This document shows positions 14,881-29,450 of a stretch of 64,000 nt of DNA, in pieces. The notes under the pieces were generated by a model. The model worked only from the letters and a program-made list of their open reading frames with translations. It was not told where the DNA came from and did no database searches. The DNA is from the human T2T-CHM13v2.0 reference genome, Homo sapiens: the NCBI RefSeq assembly GCF_009914755.1, contig NC_060947.1; one strand, written 5' to 3'. A program made the translations under genes and the position numbers. Numbering within the stretch: position 1 is the first letter of the stretch; every line of letters begins with the position of its first letter.

Positions 14881-16251
14881 AAATCCTGTGGTGGCCACTC
14901 CTCATGATAGTGACAGGTACAGACAGTCTTGTTAATCTGTGGAAACACTGAAGTGAGCCAAATCATGTTGTTTAATGGTTCCCATTTGGCATTTTGAGCT
15001 TGTTTAAGGGTATAGCAAATAGAGCTATAAATAGTGCATTGAACTATGAATTAATATGGTCTGTCTGAAATCAATGGAATTTTCAAGCCCTTTCTGTTAA
15101 TATAGAGAAAACCAACTTAAAAATTATGACTAGCATGCAGTTAAGAAACTTGGCAGGCCAAACATCTTAGAACTAATTAAACAAAAGTGATACATTTACT
15201 CACATGATCTACTAATTCATTATTATTGGTACGTTAGATGTTTTTCAAAAAAATACTGTTGTAAAAATTTCCCTCAGGTTTGACAATGATAAGGAGTGTT
15301 GTGAAACTACTGTGATTAAAGCACCAAAGGTACAATGGGTCATTTTATATATACAGCATTCCGTTAAGTGAAGTTGAATGCATAATGACTATATTAGCAT
15401 AGAATATATGAGATTAGAATTAGGTTTTTTTTCCTCTGATTTGAAATTATTGGAAATCAAATAGTGACAAGAATGAGTATATTTTCCTTCAAGGCCCTTG
15501 AAAAACAAGTCTTCTGTGTCACGTTTTATCGGTTCTTTTAAAAAGAGTAAACTTTTAGCAGCAAGAAAGATGTTTGAACATTATTCGAGTAGCTGCCACT
15601 TTTAAAACCTATTGACTAGGGAAAAATGACCCCAATTTTTCCCCATTATGGTTTGTCTGTGTTTGCGAGTAAAGACGTGTCTTAATTAAAATGTTTTAAA
15701 TATGTACCTAAAATTAATATGAGAAAGTCATAATAAAAGGCCAGATACTCTTTAGCATGGTTCTTAACCATCAAACTTTCACTTCTGGTTCTAAAATTAT
15801 ACACCTAGAATAAAATGAACATGTAAAAATATTCATGTGTCTTGACATTGGCCTTCTGATAAATCTAATTTGCTAATATAAAATCTTGTAAAAAGACTAT
15901 AATCTACCAAATGAATTTACTACAATATACTCTTCTAAATAGATCTTACTTATAAACATATATGTGCAAAAAGAGAGAGAAAAGGTTTAATTTATAGTCT
16001 TAAAACCAATATGCTGGCTATCTTAGTGTATCTCCCCAGATCTACATCCACCTTCCAGAACATGCTCTATGCCATGGGAGGGGGATCTGTAAAGAATGCA
16101 TCAATGGGCTTCCTGTCCTCCTGCCAGCTGGGTGTGGCCAGTGAGGAACACCAGAAAATTAATGAAAGGGGGAGAATTGGGTGGAGGGGTCTTTGTTCTT
16201 CTTGTTACATTTTTGTAAGTGATTCTTGAGGTGAACTGGAGAACAGATTTA

Positions 16252-16547
<296 letters not shown>

Positions 16548-16641
16548 TCAGAAAGCCCTCTTTATCCATCTTGCCCTCAATCTCTGGGTTCTGGTATCCG
16601 TTCCATCCTTTAGCTTTGTCTTGCCCACATTTGTGTGTGTT

Positions 16642-16648
<7 letters not shown>

Positions 16649-16699
<51 letters not shown>
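16649..16699. repeat. (TG)~25 microsatellite
   Basis: Direct reading. Confidence 0.97.
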
Positions 16700-16702
<3 letters not shown>

Positions 16703-18002
16703 AAATATTCCTCAAATTTCCCAACTCAAGTATGCTGTTTGTTTCCTGGAAACAGGAAGATATCTAGAATCTACTTCTAACTGGCTTTGAAAATCTGGCA
16801 GTGACAGCTGGGGGCTCAATTTTGTATACTTTAAACTTTAAATTTATATCATTTATATATTTATAAAATGCATATATTCATTCATTGTTAATAGTAATAA
16901 AATATATAGCAAGCATTTGGGAGGCAGTTTTAAAAGAAGGCCATTAATTTTGCTGCTTTAGAAAATGTTTTATGTAAGGTGTTTCAAAATTTGGAATTTG
17001 ACTCTGCATGTAGCAATTGGTATGTGTTTTACTAAAGAATTATACTCTACCTGTAAAAGTTCTTTTAGGTAAAGACCTGGAAATTATATTCAACATTTGT
17101 GAATTGTACACTCTTTAATGCAGTCAGGATTACAGGCAAATTTTCTAGTAGAGTAAAAATATACATGAATTGTAAAAGTAATAAGAAAGGAAATTTGAAT
17201 TTTGCTATAGTTGTTAGAGAGAAGGAGTTAGATGATTTTTATTCCTGTTGCCAGTAATACTAAGATAAAATGATTAGAGTCACATACACGTTATATATGA
17301 AAACTTATAGGAGGTATGAAGACCAGAATTGTTTAGGAGTTTATAATCTGAGGACTTATATGATGTTCTTTAACATTTTTTATGCTGAGAAAGAATATTA
17401 TTAAACAATGAGTTAAGTCAGAACATAATGTGACAGTTAAATGTCTGTTAAAAAATACATTTTTGAAGGCAGAACTTCTGGTTATGGTAGAATATAGAGA
17501 TCAGCAAACCCTTTCCCCAAAAAAGTAAAAATAAAGCTGGATAACATTGATAAAACCATGAGTTCAGTTTTTTGGAAATTGGCCAGAATCATAAAGTAAT
17601 CTGGAGAGATTTCATGGCTTTGTAGTATAAATTACAATTATTCTAAAATATTTAATCTGAAGGCTATCATGAGATTTTAAAATGGAGGGGACATGCTAAG
17701 TAAAAAATGACAACAGGTGATTAAGCAAAAGTGAAAAATATTAATTTTAGTATATGATTCCAGCAAGTATGTTTGGACTGTTGAACTATTATGAATATTT
17801 ACCTATCATTATCATCTTTTAAAATGTCTACTCACTAGAACATCTCACTAATTATGTATTTCTTTATTTCTCCCCAATAGTTGTGCTTTGATAGTTTTTG
17901 CAAATTTATTTAATCATACTTTATTTGAATGTATTACATTCATATTTTATTTTTTAACGCAGACATTTGATATATTCAGAATGGTAGAAAATTAAATGTA
18001 CT

Positions 18003-18479
<477 letters not shown>

Positions 18480-18664
18480 CGGGCCAGATAATTTTTGTAC
18501 CTTTATTTTTTGAATTTGTTAATTAGCTTGATTTAATCATTTTATAACATAAACATATATCATAATATTACATTGTACCCAACAAATACATAAAATTATT
18601 TTTCAATTAAAAGTACAGTTTTTTAAAATGTCAATTTTTCTTTTTCAATGATTCTTTTATTTAT

Positions 18665-19008
18665 TCACTTTATTTTTTTCAGCTCTTGTTTTAGATTCAT
18701 GTGTACATGTGCAGGTTTTTTACCTGGGTATATTGTATGATGCTGCAGCTTGGAGTAAGAATGATCTCATCACTCAGGTACTGAGCATTGTACCCAATAG
18801 TTAGTTTCAACCCTTACTTCCCTTCCTCCCTCCCCCCACAATAGTCCCCAGTTTCTATTCTTTCCATCTTTATGCTCATGAGTACCTAATGTTTAGCTCC
18901 CACTTAAAAGTGAGAACATGCTGTTTTTGGCTTTCTGTTCCTGCATTAGTTTGCTTAGGATAATGGCTTCCAGCTGCATCCATGTTGCTGCAAAGGTCAT
19001 GATTTCAT
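18665..19008 (-). mobile_element. L1PA (PA15/16-age) 3' end
   Basis: GTACATGTGCAGG...TTTAGCTCCCACTTAAAAGTGAGAACATG...CATGTTGCTGCAAAGG. Confidence 0.92.
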
Positions 19009-19375
19009 ACTACATAGCCACAAAAAAGAATGAAATCATGTCCTCTGCAGCAACGTAGATGTGGCTGGAAGCCATTAGCCAAAGCAAACTAATGCAGGAA
19101 CAAAAAAGCAAATACCGCATGTTCTCACTTGTAAGTGGTTGCTAAACATTGGGTACACATAGACAAAAAGATGGGAACAATAAACACGAGCTCCTTCTTG
19201 AGGGGGTAGGGTGGTAGGAGGATGAGAGTAAAAAACCTGTCTATTGGGTACTATGCTCACTACCTAGGTGATAAAATCATTTGTACACCAAATCCCAGTG
19301 GCACACAATTTACTCATGTAACAAACCTGCACATGTACCCCATGAACCAAAAGTAAAAGTTGGAAAAAAAAGAAA
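19009..19375 (+). mobile_element. Second L1PA (PA15/16-age) 3' end in the opposite orientation, with A tail
   Basis: AAAAAGAATGAAATCATGTCC...AACAAACCTGCACATGTACCCCATGAACC...AAAAAAA. Confidence 0.92.
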
Positions 19376-19379
19376 TTAC

Positions 19380-20535
19380 CTATACATAAAGTTTGAGGTC
19401 TTACATTTAAATCTCTAATCCATCTTGAGTTAATTTTCATATATGGTGAAAGCTAAGGGTCCAGTTTCTTTCTTTTGCATATGGTTGGCCAGCTGTCCCA
19501 ACACCATTGGTTGAATGGGGGTCCTTTCTCTTTTATTTATGCCGACTTTGTTGATGATCAGATTGCTGTAGGCATGTGACTTTATTTCTGAGTTTTCTAT
19601 TCTGTTCCATTGGTCTGTGTGTCTCTTTTTGTACCAGTACCGTGCTGTTTTGATTACTGTAGCCTTGTAGTATGGTTTCAAATCAGGTAAAGTGATGTGT
19701 CTGGCTTTGTTCTTTTTCCTTAGTTTTGCTTTGGCTATTCAGGCTCTTTTTGGTTCCATATAAATTCTGGAATAGTTTTTTCTCATTCAGTGAAAAGTGA
19801 CATTGTTCATTTGATAGGAATAGCATTGAATCTATACATTGCTTTGGGCAGTATGGCCATTTTAACAATATTGATTCTTCCAATCCATGAGTATGGGATG
19901 TTTTTCCATTTGTTTGTATCATCTATGATATTTTACAGCAGTGTTTTGTAGTTCTCCTTGTAAAGATATTTTACCTCCTTGGTTAGATGTATTCTTAGGT
20001 ATTTTTATTTATGTGTAGCTATAGTAAATGGGATTGCATTCTTGATTTGGCTCTCAGTTTGAATGATATTGGTGTATAGAAATGCTACAAATTTTTGTAC
20101 ATTGCTTTTGTATACTGAAGCTTTACTGAAGTCATTTATCAGTTTCAGGGGCCTTTTGGCAGAGTCTTCTAGGTAGAGGACCATATCATCAGTGAAAGAG
20201 ACAGTTTGACTTCTTCTTTTCCTATTTGAATGCCTTTATTTTGATCTCTTGCCTTGTTGCTCTGGCTAGCACTTCCAGTACTATGCTGAACAGGTGTGGT
20301 AGGAGTGGGCATCCTTGTCTTGTTCTAGTTCTCAAGGCAAATGGTTCCAGCTTTTGACAGTTTAGTATGATGTTGACTGTAGGTTTGTCATAGATGTCTC
20401 ATTATTTTGAAGTATGTTCCTTTGATGCCTGGTTTCCGGAGGGTTTTTATCATGAAGGGATGTTGAATTTCATCGAAAGCTTTTTCCATGTCTCTTGAGA
20501 TGATCATATGGCTTTGGTTTTTAATTCTGCTTATA
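19380..20535 (-). mobile_element. L1 ORF2 fragment (degenerate, RT-to-C-terminal region)
   Basis: ORF 19430-19681 ([26 protein letters not shown]) matches L1 ORF2p. Confidence 0.95.
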
Positions 20536-20734
20536 CATTCATATTTTTAAAGTCACAAACATATAGAGTTGCAGTTATTAACATGATCTCTAATTTTTGT
20601 AAATAAAATTCAAATATCGATTTTAGTGATTGATGTAATCTCTAAATAAGATCTAATGTGTATTCAAAAAATAAATAAATAATTTGCAAGTATTTAGTAA
20701 TGTGTAGATGGTGGAGGGGAGTGTCATATTGTAA

Positions 20735-20975
20735 TTAAGAGCTGATCCCTTGGGCTTAAACTGCCAGATCATGCCAAAGACTGGCTTTGTCACTTATTAG
20801 TTTTGTGACTATGGGAAACTTACTTGTCTCCTCAGCTTCTTCACCTTTTAGATTGATTCAGTTTTAGAACCTACTTACATAGGGTTGTTGTAGGTACTTC
20901 TATGATATAATACATATTACCAACTTAGAATACAAGCAGACACATGGTAAGCACTCAAAAATTGTTAGTTGTTCT
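20735..20975 (+). mobile_element. MIR SINE
   Basis: TGTCACTTATTAGTTTTGTGACTATGGGAAAC...AGGGTTGTTG...GGTAAGCACTCAAAAATTGTTAG. Confidence 0.75.
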
Positions 20976-21129
20976 TATTTTTATATTTTCCTTCATTATA
21001 AGCTGTTACTTGTGAGAGGGAAGAAAAAAATCTACTTTTATCATTGTTTAGAATAGTCAACTTATGTTCCAGTTCTTATAAAATGACCTCACCATATATC
21101 GTATATATTGCACAGTGAAAAGATGCTTC

Positions 21130-21820
21130 TGTCTTAATAAATATACAGATAGCCCATAGGGACCAACTCTTTGTGCGGATATAAAATAGTACAGCCACAA
21201 TAGAAAACAGTCTCTTAAGGCAGTTCCTGGAAAAGTTAAAAATGAACTTACCATATAACTTAGCCATTCAAGACCTATGTATTGACCCAAGAGAAACGAA
21301 AGCATATGTCTATCCAGAGTTGTACATGAATGAACATAGCAGCTTTGTTCTTAATAGATAAAAACTAGAAGCAACCCAAATATTTATGGAGGTGAATTGA
21401 TGTTTTAAATGGTGGTTTAACTATAGAATGGAATATAACTCAGTAATAAAAAGGAATTAACTATTGTTAGCCTGCGACAGCATGTATGAATCTCATGCTG
21501 AGTGAAAGAAGCCAAACCAAAAGAGAATGCACATTGTGTGATTCCATGTGTATGAAATTCTAGAAACTGCAAACTAATCTGTAGTGACAAACAACAGATC
21601 GGTGGTTGCCTAAAGACAGTGAAGGTAAAGTTTGAAGAGACAGATTACTAAGGAGCATGAGGAAACTTTTAGGTGTGATGGATATATTCCTTATTTTGAT
21701 TGTAGCGATGATTTCCTGGGTGTATACATAAGCTAAAACTTATAAAATTCTACCTATTAAATATGTGTGGCATTTACATTTGTATGTCAATTATAAGTCT
21801 ACAAAGCTATTTTTAAAAAT
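21130..21820 (+). mobile_element. L1ME-type 3' end
   Basis: CATAGCAGCTTTGTTC...ATGCTGAGTGAAAGAAGCCA...TGCAAACTAATCTGTAGTGACA. Confidence 0.85.
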
Positions 21821-22264
21821 ACATTTCTCTCATAAACTAAATAAATGCAGAAATTTAACATTTTGGATGTTGTATTATTGCATGTTTTAAATAATGAATT
21901 CAATTGGAGTTTTCTCATTAAAATCTAAAGTTGAGTTTAGGTTCACAGTCAAATGATGTCCTATAATCTATAAAAGTTATTATTGCACAGTGATAAATTG
22001 GAAACCAGAGAGACCGACATTATATAATATTTCAGTTGAGTGTGATGTGTCTGTTATGTACAGATTTTGGCACCACAGTGCATGGAAATATATACAAAGA
22101 GTCTTCAAAAAGTTCATGGAAAATGCATATTATGGAAAAGCAGTTCAGAGAAATCAAATTTTGTTGAACCAAAATAAACTCATACTAACATTTAAAAACA
22201 CGTCTAGATAGCATCTAGTTTGAGGTACTAAGATGGATAAGTCATCAGTTTAAAAAGAGGCCCT

Positions 22265-22557
<293 letters not shown>

Positions 22558-23088
22558 TCAGATTTATGGTGATGCTTGAGAGGAAGAATGGTGAAATTAT
22601 TGATGTTTTGCACAACATTTATGGGGACAATACCCCAAAGAAATCAACAGTTTACAAATGGAAAACTCATTTTGAGAAGGGATGAGACAATGGAGAAGAT
22701 GATGCTCGCTGCAGCAGACTGTCCACACAGAGCAGAAAATTAATCTTTTTTATGCCCTGATTCAAGAGGACTGACCATTCACAGCAGAAACAATAGTGAA
22801 CACCATAGACATCTCAATTGCTTCAGCTTACACAATTCTGACTGAAAAATTAAGGTTGAGCAAACTTTCCACTTGATAGGTGCCAAAACCATTGAACCCA
22901 GATTAGTGGAGACAAGAGAAGAGCTTTCAATGGAAAATTTAAACAAGTGGGACCAAGATCTTAAAGCATTTCATTAAAGAATTGTAACAGGAAATGACAT
23001 ACAACTTTAACAGTATGATCCTGCAGACTTAGCACAATCAAAGCAAAGGCTACCAAGAGCTGAAACTGGTCCTGTCAAAGCAAAAGCA

Positions 23089-23891
23089 TATGAAACAAAC
23101 ATGTGAGAAAAGTTCAACATCACTGATCATTAGAGAAATGCAAATCAAAACCACAATGAGATACCATCTCACACCAGTCAGGATGGCTATTATTAAAAAG
23201 TTAAAAAAAAAAAAAAACAATAGATGCTAGCAAGGTTATGGAAAAAAAGGAATGCTTTTACACTGTTGGTGAAAGTGTAAATTAGTTCAACCACTATGGA
23301 AGACAGTGTTGAGAATCCTCAAAGACCTAGAGGAAGAAATGCCATTTAACCAAGCAATTGCATTACTGGGTATATATCCAAAAGAATATAAATCATCCTG
23401 TTATAAAGACACATGCCTGTGTATATTCATTGCAGCGCTATTCACCATAGCAAAGACATGGAATCAATATAAATGCCCATCAGTGATAGACTGGATAAAG
23501 AAAATATGGTACATATACACCATGGAATACTATGCAGCCATGAAAAGGAATGAGATCATGTCCTTTGCTGGGACATAGAGTTGGAAACCATTATCCTCAG
23601 CAAACTAATGCAGGAGCAGAAAACCAAACACCACACGTTCTTACTTGTAAGTGGGAGCTGAATGATGAGAACACATGGACACATGGTGGGGAACGACACA
23701 CACTAGGGCCTGTTGGAGGTGGATGGTGGGGGAGGGAGAGCATCAAGAAGAATAGCTAATGGATACTGGGCTTAATGCCTAGGTGATGGGATGATCTGTG
23801 CAGCAAACCACCATGGCACACAGTTTACCTATGTAACAAACCTGCACATCCTGCACATGTACCCCTGAACTTAAAAGTTGAAGGAAAAAAA
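23089..23891 (+). mobile_element. 5'-truncated L1PA/PB (~800 bp) inside HSMAR2
   Basis: ORF2 C-terminus (AIALLGIYPKEYKS...IAALFTIAKTWNQ) plus 3'UTR; TSD AAAGCAAAAGCA at 23077-23088 and 23892-23903. Confidence 0.95.
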
Positions 23892-26800
23892 AAAGCAAAA
23901 GCAGATTAGTCGAGAGAAAAGGTCATAGCAACAATTTTTGGGTATGCTCAAGGCATTTTGCTTGTTAACTTTCTGGAGGGCCAAAGAACAATAACAGCTG
24001 CTTATTATGAGAGTGTTTAAAGAAATTTAGCTAAAGCTTTAACAGAAAAACATCCAGAAAACCTGCACCAGAGAGGCCTTTTCCACCACAACAATGCTCC
24101 TGCTCATTCCTCACATCAAACAAGGGTAATTTTGTAGATGTAGAAGTTTTGATGGAAAATCATTAGGTATGCGCCTTACAGTCCTGCTTCGGCCTCTTCT
24201 TACTTTTTTTGTTTTCTAATCTTAAAAAGTCTTTAAAGAGTATTCATTGGCCTGGTTAAATTCCGAGCATCTTCAGTTTTTTAGGAGTAAACTAAATGGT
24301 ATCATTGTTTACAAAAATGTCTTAAACCTATTTTGAAAAATAAAATTTATATTTTTAAATTTTTATCTTTTATTTCTATTTTTCTAACTTTTTGAAGTCC
24401 CCTAGGGTGTGTGTGTGCACACATGTATATTTGTGTATATATACTCTTAACCCCCACATGTACATCCATGCTGCATCCTATTGGGGGAGGCAGTTTGTGA
24501 AAGCATTATCCAAGAATGGTTTAGTTGCCCTTGATTTTATATATAGTGATCCAGTCATAAAACTGTAGTTTATGTGTATAATTACAGGAAGACAATTCAT
24601 TTGAAGAGAGGCATATGCACACAGTTATTTCAAGAAGCCATTTTTTATTTATGAATTTTCAGGTCAAATTTTTTAATAACCTAAGCAACCTTTGGTAGGA
24701 TGTTTTAACAGAATTCTAAATATTCTATATTGTAGTCCCCCAAACAGTGAAATTTTCAGGAATGTAATACTTTGTCATTATGTTAGCTCATCTATGTAAA
24801 ATAGGCTACATTTATTCCAAAACGAGAATACTTTGAAACTTCTAATGCTTAGATATTTAAATGTGGTGATTATGCTCTCATGAATATTTAAATCTTTGGA
24901 GTCAGACATAGTTGCTGCTAGTGCCAATCAAATCTAGGATGACCAAAGAAACACTGCTTTCATGAATAAGTAATCTTTCTCCCCATGAGTTTTCTGAATA
25001 GTCTAAGAACTCATGTGGGAATAGGGAGAGCACTGTTAGAATGACATTTTATCTAAAAAAGGGAGCAACCACGGGAGCAGATGTAGTATATTATAATCTG
25101 CTTGACCTGTTCACAATGATTTGTGAGTTCTGAACTCTAAAGGAAATGCTTTGTTTGATTCTAAACTATAGCTAACAATGTTGGATCAGTGTATGAATAA
25201 CTGAAGTATTTATTATTCTCAGGAAGTACATATTGGTCATCCAATATGAATTCTAAAATAATTTAATGATTGCTATTATTTTAACTCTATAATGGTAATA
25301 ATAATAATCTTCCTACATTTCAAAGGTCAGCTTTACATTAAAACTTTCGCTCTGAAATTTCATATTGGCCATATTACTCTGTTTAAAAACATTTTCTAAA
25401 TATCACAGTGAATTATATAGAATTCTGTTTAAAATTTGAATTATACAGATACTATATTGATGGTAGATGCCATGAGTAAGTTGAAATATATATTATTAGA
25501 AGAATATGTCACAACAGGATAATTAAAAGTGAGTACTAAGAAATACCTTATATTAGACTTAAGCCTCCCTGGATACCAAAAACCTTAGTGTCTATTTGGG
25601 GAATTCCTGAGATTTCAACATAGAGCATTAGCCAGTGTATTTGCAAGGCCACTCAAATTCACTCTCATAGAAAGGACAAGAAATATTTTATTCAGAAAGA
25701 AGTTCATCTCGGTAACTCAAGCCAAGTGAATCAAAAGTCTAATGTTCTTTGGGGGCAAAATTTCTCTATTGTACTCAGAAAAAAAAAGTCAAGGTAGTAA
25801 TTGTTACTGTCTAAAGAAAGTCATTGAAATAACAGGACATTCTGAAGTTTGTACTTTTACAATTCCTTAACTTTATACATGCTTAATTAAAAGTTAATAA
25901 ATATTTACCAAACACCTTGTTTGTGTGCTGGGGAAAGAGGTATACATATATGTGTACAACAGTTCTTCATTTCTCAAGCATTTTTTAGTGGGTAGAGAAA
26001 GTGGTCATTAGACATATACAGAACTGATAATAATACACAGTAGATTGTGATAAGTGCTAATATCATTTAATATTCATTAGTTTAATAAATACAGCTCAGT
26101 TCTGTTGCTAGGAAGATCAAAATGGCTAATGCATGGTCTCTGGTCTCAAACTCACAGAGTAGTGTGGGAGGTAAGCAGATACAATACAGAATGATAAAGC
26201 CTGCACTAGAAGGTTCACATGAAACATAGAGGCAGACGCATCTCATTCTCTTTGTGAAAAGGTGGCAAGTCCTGAAGAACTTCTAGTGGCTTTGGCTAAT
26301 ATATAGCTTATAGTTACAAAGTAAGCAGTATGACACAGGGAATAATTTAATATGTGAGGCATTATTACATAGTTCCTCTTTCAAGGAAACATAGCTGTTT
26401 AGTCCAATGGGATCATATGGGCAAAAATATCATAAATTAATATATATAATCTTCTTAAAATTCCATATGTTACTCTAGAACAGCCTTTGTAAGCCCTTTA
26501 CAGTAATTAAGAATTTTAAACCTTATTGTAAATATAGTAGATTTGAACTCTAGGCAGCATAAGAAGTTTTATATGTATATTCATACAGAAAAGGAACAAA
26601 ATGTACATTGTGAATGATTGGTTCTTTCGGCATACCAATGTGTCACTTACTGTGGATATTTTCATGCCAGATATTCAGAAAAGTTTGTGTGTGTGTAGGT
26701 TTCTATAGTATCAGTATAGTAATTCTGTAATATAGTTCAAATTATAAGTATATTTTTATATAATTTACTGTGATATTTAAACTTTTTTAATATTTAGGAT

Positions 26801-28329
26801 ATACAAGTTCAGATTTCTTACATGCATATATTGTGCAGTGGTGAAGTCCACGCAGAGTAAAACATATATACACATGGACATAAACAGATATATATGTATT
26901 TACAATAGGTCCACAAGTTATATTTTCCTAGAGTAATATGTTCATTTTACAGGAACCAATAATAAATAGGAAAACAAGCAAAAGTACTACATTATACTTT
27001 TCTTTAAAAATTGAGATTGTAGATTACATTTAATAGTAAACCAATAACTCACTTTTTCCTTTATTCTGAACATTGGTATCAGAAAAGTATGACTTCTGTA
27101 ACACTGACTAGATTATATGATTCGACGTGAATCTGTTAGAAGCAAAGAGAATGATGAAAAAGCTATAATATTTAGTTACACATGGTCATTTTAAGAAGAG
27201 AAAAAGCATGGAAGGAACATTCTGATTGACTGGTGAACCACTACCACGTATTACGTGTTGCCTCAATGAATTAACCGAGAGTGGATTTGTGTGCTCACAA
27301 TCTGCTTCTGTAGAATAAGAATGAACGTGGAGTCTTTACCTGCTTATAGTAAGCGTTTATCTCTCAAAAACCTTTAATCATCTGAATATCACTAATGCAA
27401 AAACAGGACCCAGGTAAATCGGAGAAAATAGTTCATTCTTTGAGCCTTTAGGAACCAGAAATTTCTGTAGCAACAAGAGACTTTCTTTTATAAGGTTTTA
27501 ATACCTCTGATTTATTTTTCATTGCAACAGAGGTTTACAAAGCCACGCTTGGAGGCTTTGTCAGGATTTTGTAGAGTGTCAGCATAGTCATGGTGGATGT
27601 TGCAGTTGCACTGAAGGTACCTTAACTTTATGCAGGAAAAGAAACTTAAGTGTAACTAAAAAGCTAAATTTTAAAGTGAATCTTAATCTATGTGGTAAGG
27701 ACAACCACCACTACATTCATAGAATGGACAGAATTGATGTTTGAAGAAATTTAGTACTCACAGAAATTTGGAGTTTTTCTGACATAATATTTGTAAGATC
27801 TGTACCTATCATCATGGCAAGGATAGCGAGTATGTAGCTCATTTTAAAAATAGTTGATATACATTTAAAATATTTTAGATTCCCCTTTCTTCTAAATATA
27901 TTGCTGTTGATTGTTCAGGTTAGTAATTTGCCTTGACTGTCACTGTTTTTCAGTTTCTCTATTAAAAATTGTCTGAATCTATGTGGATATATCATTTATT
28001 ATTGATTGTTCCATAATAAAAGAATCTCGATTTGTAGGATCATGGAAATAACTGAATTTGAAGCATTTATAATTTACCTGGTTCTCCATATCCAATTCAT
28101 GATTATCACCTTTGTATTGATATTTTCTGATGAAAACAAATTCACTGTGTGCCAATTTCTACATTTCCACTCTCATTGTTTTACTCTTTTGCTCTAGCAA
28201 TTGATCTATGTCTTTTGTTTCATTGCCTCACAGACTAAACCAGTCTCTAGTATTAACTCCAGTAATATTTAAGGTCCTTCAATTAATCATTCCTTAATGG
28301 GTTTACATATTAATTAATCTGTTGATGTA

Positions 28330-28760
28330 TTCATGCATGCATTTGCAAATATAATTTGAAGCCCTACCATTTTCTAGGAATTCTGCGAGAACCTAGGGAA
28401 TAGATAGGACTACATTGATTTTGTCATCATGGGATTCTGGAAACATTCAGGAGGAGCATCTCATCTCTAGCCTAGGGTGTCAGAAAGAACTTGAGTAATC
28501 AAGGATTGGGTCTTAAAGGACAAGTGAACATGTGCAGGTGAGAACATTCTAAAATGAAGGGACTTGAACAAAAGCAAAGCCATGTTAAACAGCTTGTACT
28601 TCATCTGTAGGTAGATCAGTAACCACTCAGGGGTTTTAATCAGGGAAATGATCTTCTCAGATTTGGCTTCATATGAATCTCTCTATTTGCCTTATGTCAC
28701 AGCATATATTAGGAGATCATCAGAGTAGTCCAGACAAGCAGGAATGAAGATAAGCATTTG
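28330..28760 (-). mobile_element. Degraded L2 fragment
   Basis: GGGTCTTAAAGGACAAGTG, GGTTTTAATCAGGGAAATGA, GTAGTCCAGACAAG. Confidence 0.55.
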
Positions 28761-28814
28761 GAATCTAGAAATGATTACATTAAAACAGGCCTAGACACAA
28801 ACCACCACATTTTT

Positions 28815-29450
28815 TGCCAGAAAGGCATAGAAACAAATTGTATTAGTGCTTGCCAGGTTCTGGGAGGAGTTGGAGATGGAGAATGACTGCTAATGGGTAT
28901 AAGATTTCTGTATAGTCTGTTCTCATGCTGCTATATGGACATACCCGAGATTGGGTAATTTCTAAAGGAAAGCAGTATAACTGACCTCAGGAAACTTACA
29001 ATCATGGCAGAAGGGACAGCAAACACGTCTTTCCTCACAAGACAGTAAGAGAGAGAAGATTGAGTGCCCAGTGAAGGGGCAAGCTCCTCATAAAACCATC
29101 AGATCTCGTGACACCTAACTCACTATCACAAGAACAGGATGAGGGAAACCACATCCATGATTCAATTATCTCCAACGGATCCCTCCCATGACCCGTGGGG
29201 ATTATGGGGACTACAATTCAAGATGAGATTTGGGTGGGGACATAGCCAATCCACATCAATTTCTTTTTGGAATGATGAAAATGTTCTGGAATTAGATAGT
29301 GGTGAGGGTTGCACAACATTTTGAATATATTCCAAATTAATAAATGGTTCACATTTTGAATATATTCAAAATTAATAAATGGTTCACTTTCAAAGGGCAA
29401 ATTTTATGGTGTGTGAGTTATATCTCAATAAAACTGTTATTAAAAAAAGA
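28815..29450 (+). mobile_element. L1MB 3' end interrupted by a THE1 LTR; carries a ~35-bp tandem duplication at ~29316-29386
   Basis: GACTGCTAATGGGTAT...GATGAAAATGTTCTGGAATTAGATAGTGGTGA...TATCTCAATAAAACTGTT. Confidence 0.88.
28909..29258 (-). mobile_element. THE1 (MaLR) solo LTR
   Basis: TG...CA ends, ATTCAAGATGAGATTTGGGTGGGGACA terminus, exact 5-bp TSD ATTTC. Confidence 0.95.

Noticed and set aside
22560-24300. Domesticated or active transposase (SETMAR-like)
   Set aside because: Stops, frameshifts, an L1 insertion, apparent loss of the ATG and mutated catalytic residues
29316-29386. ~35-bp direct repeats as a CRISPR-like array
   Set aside because: Only two abutting copies with no spacers, inside an L1 in eukaryotic DNA; a simple tandem duplication
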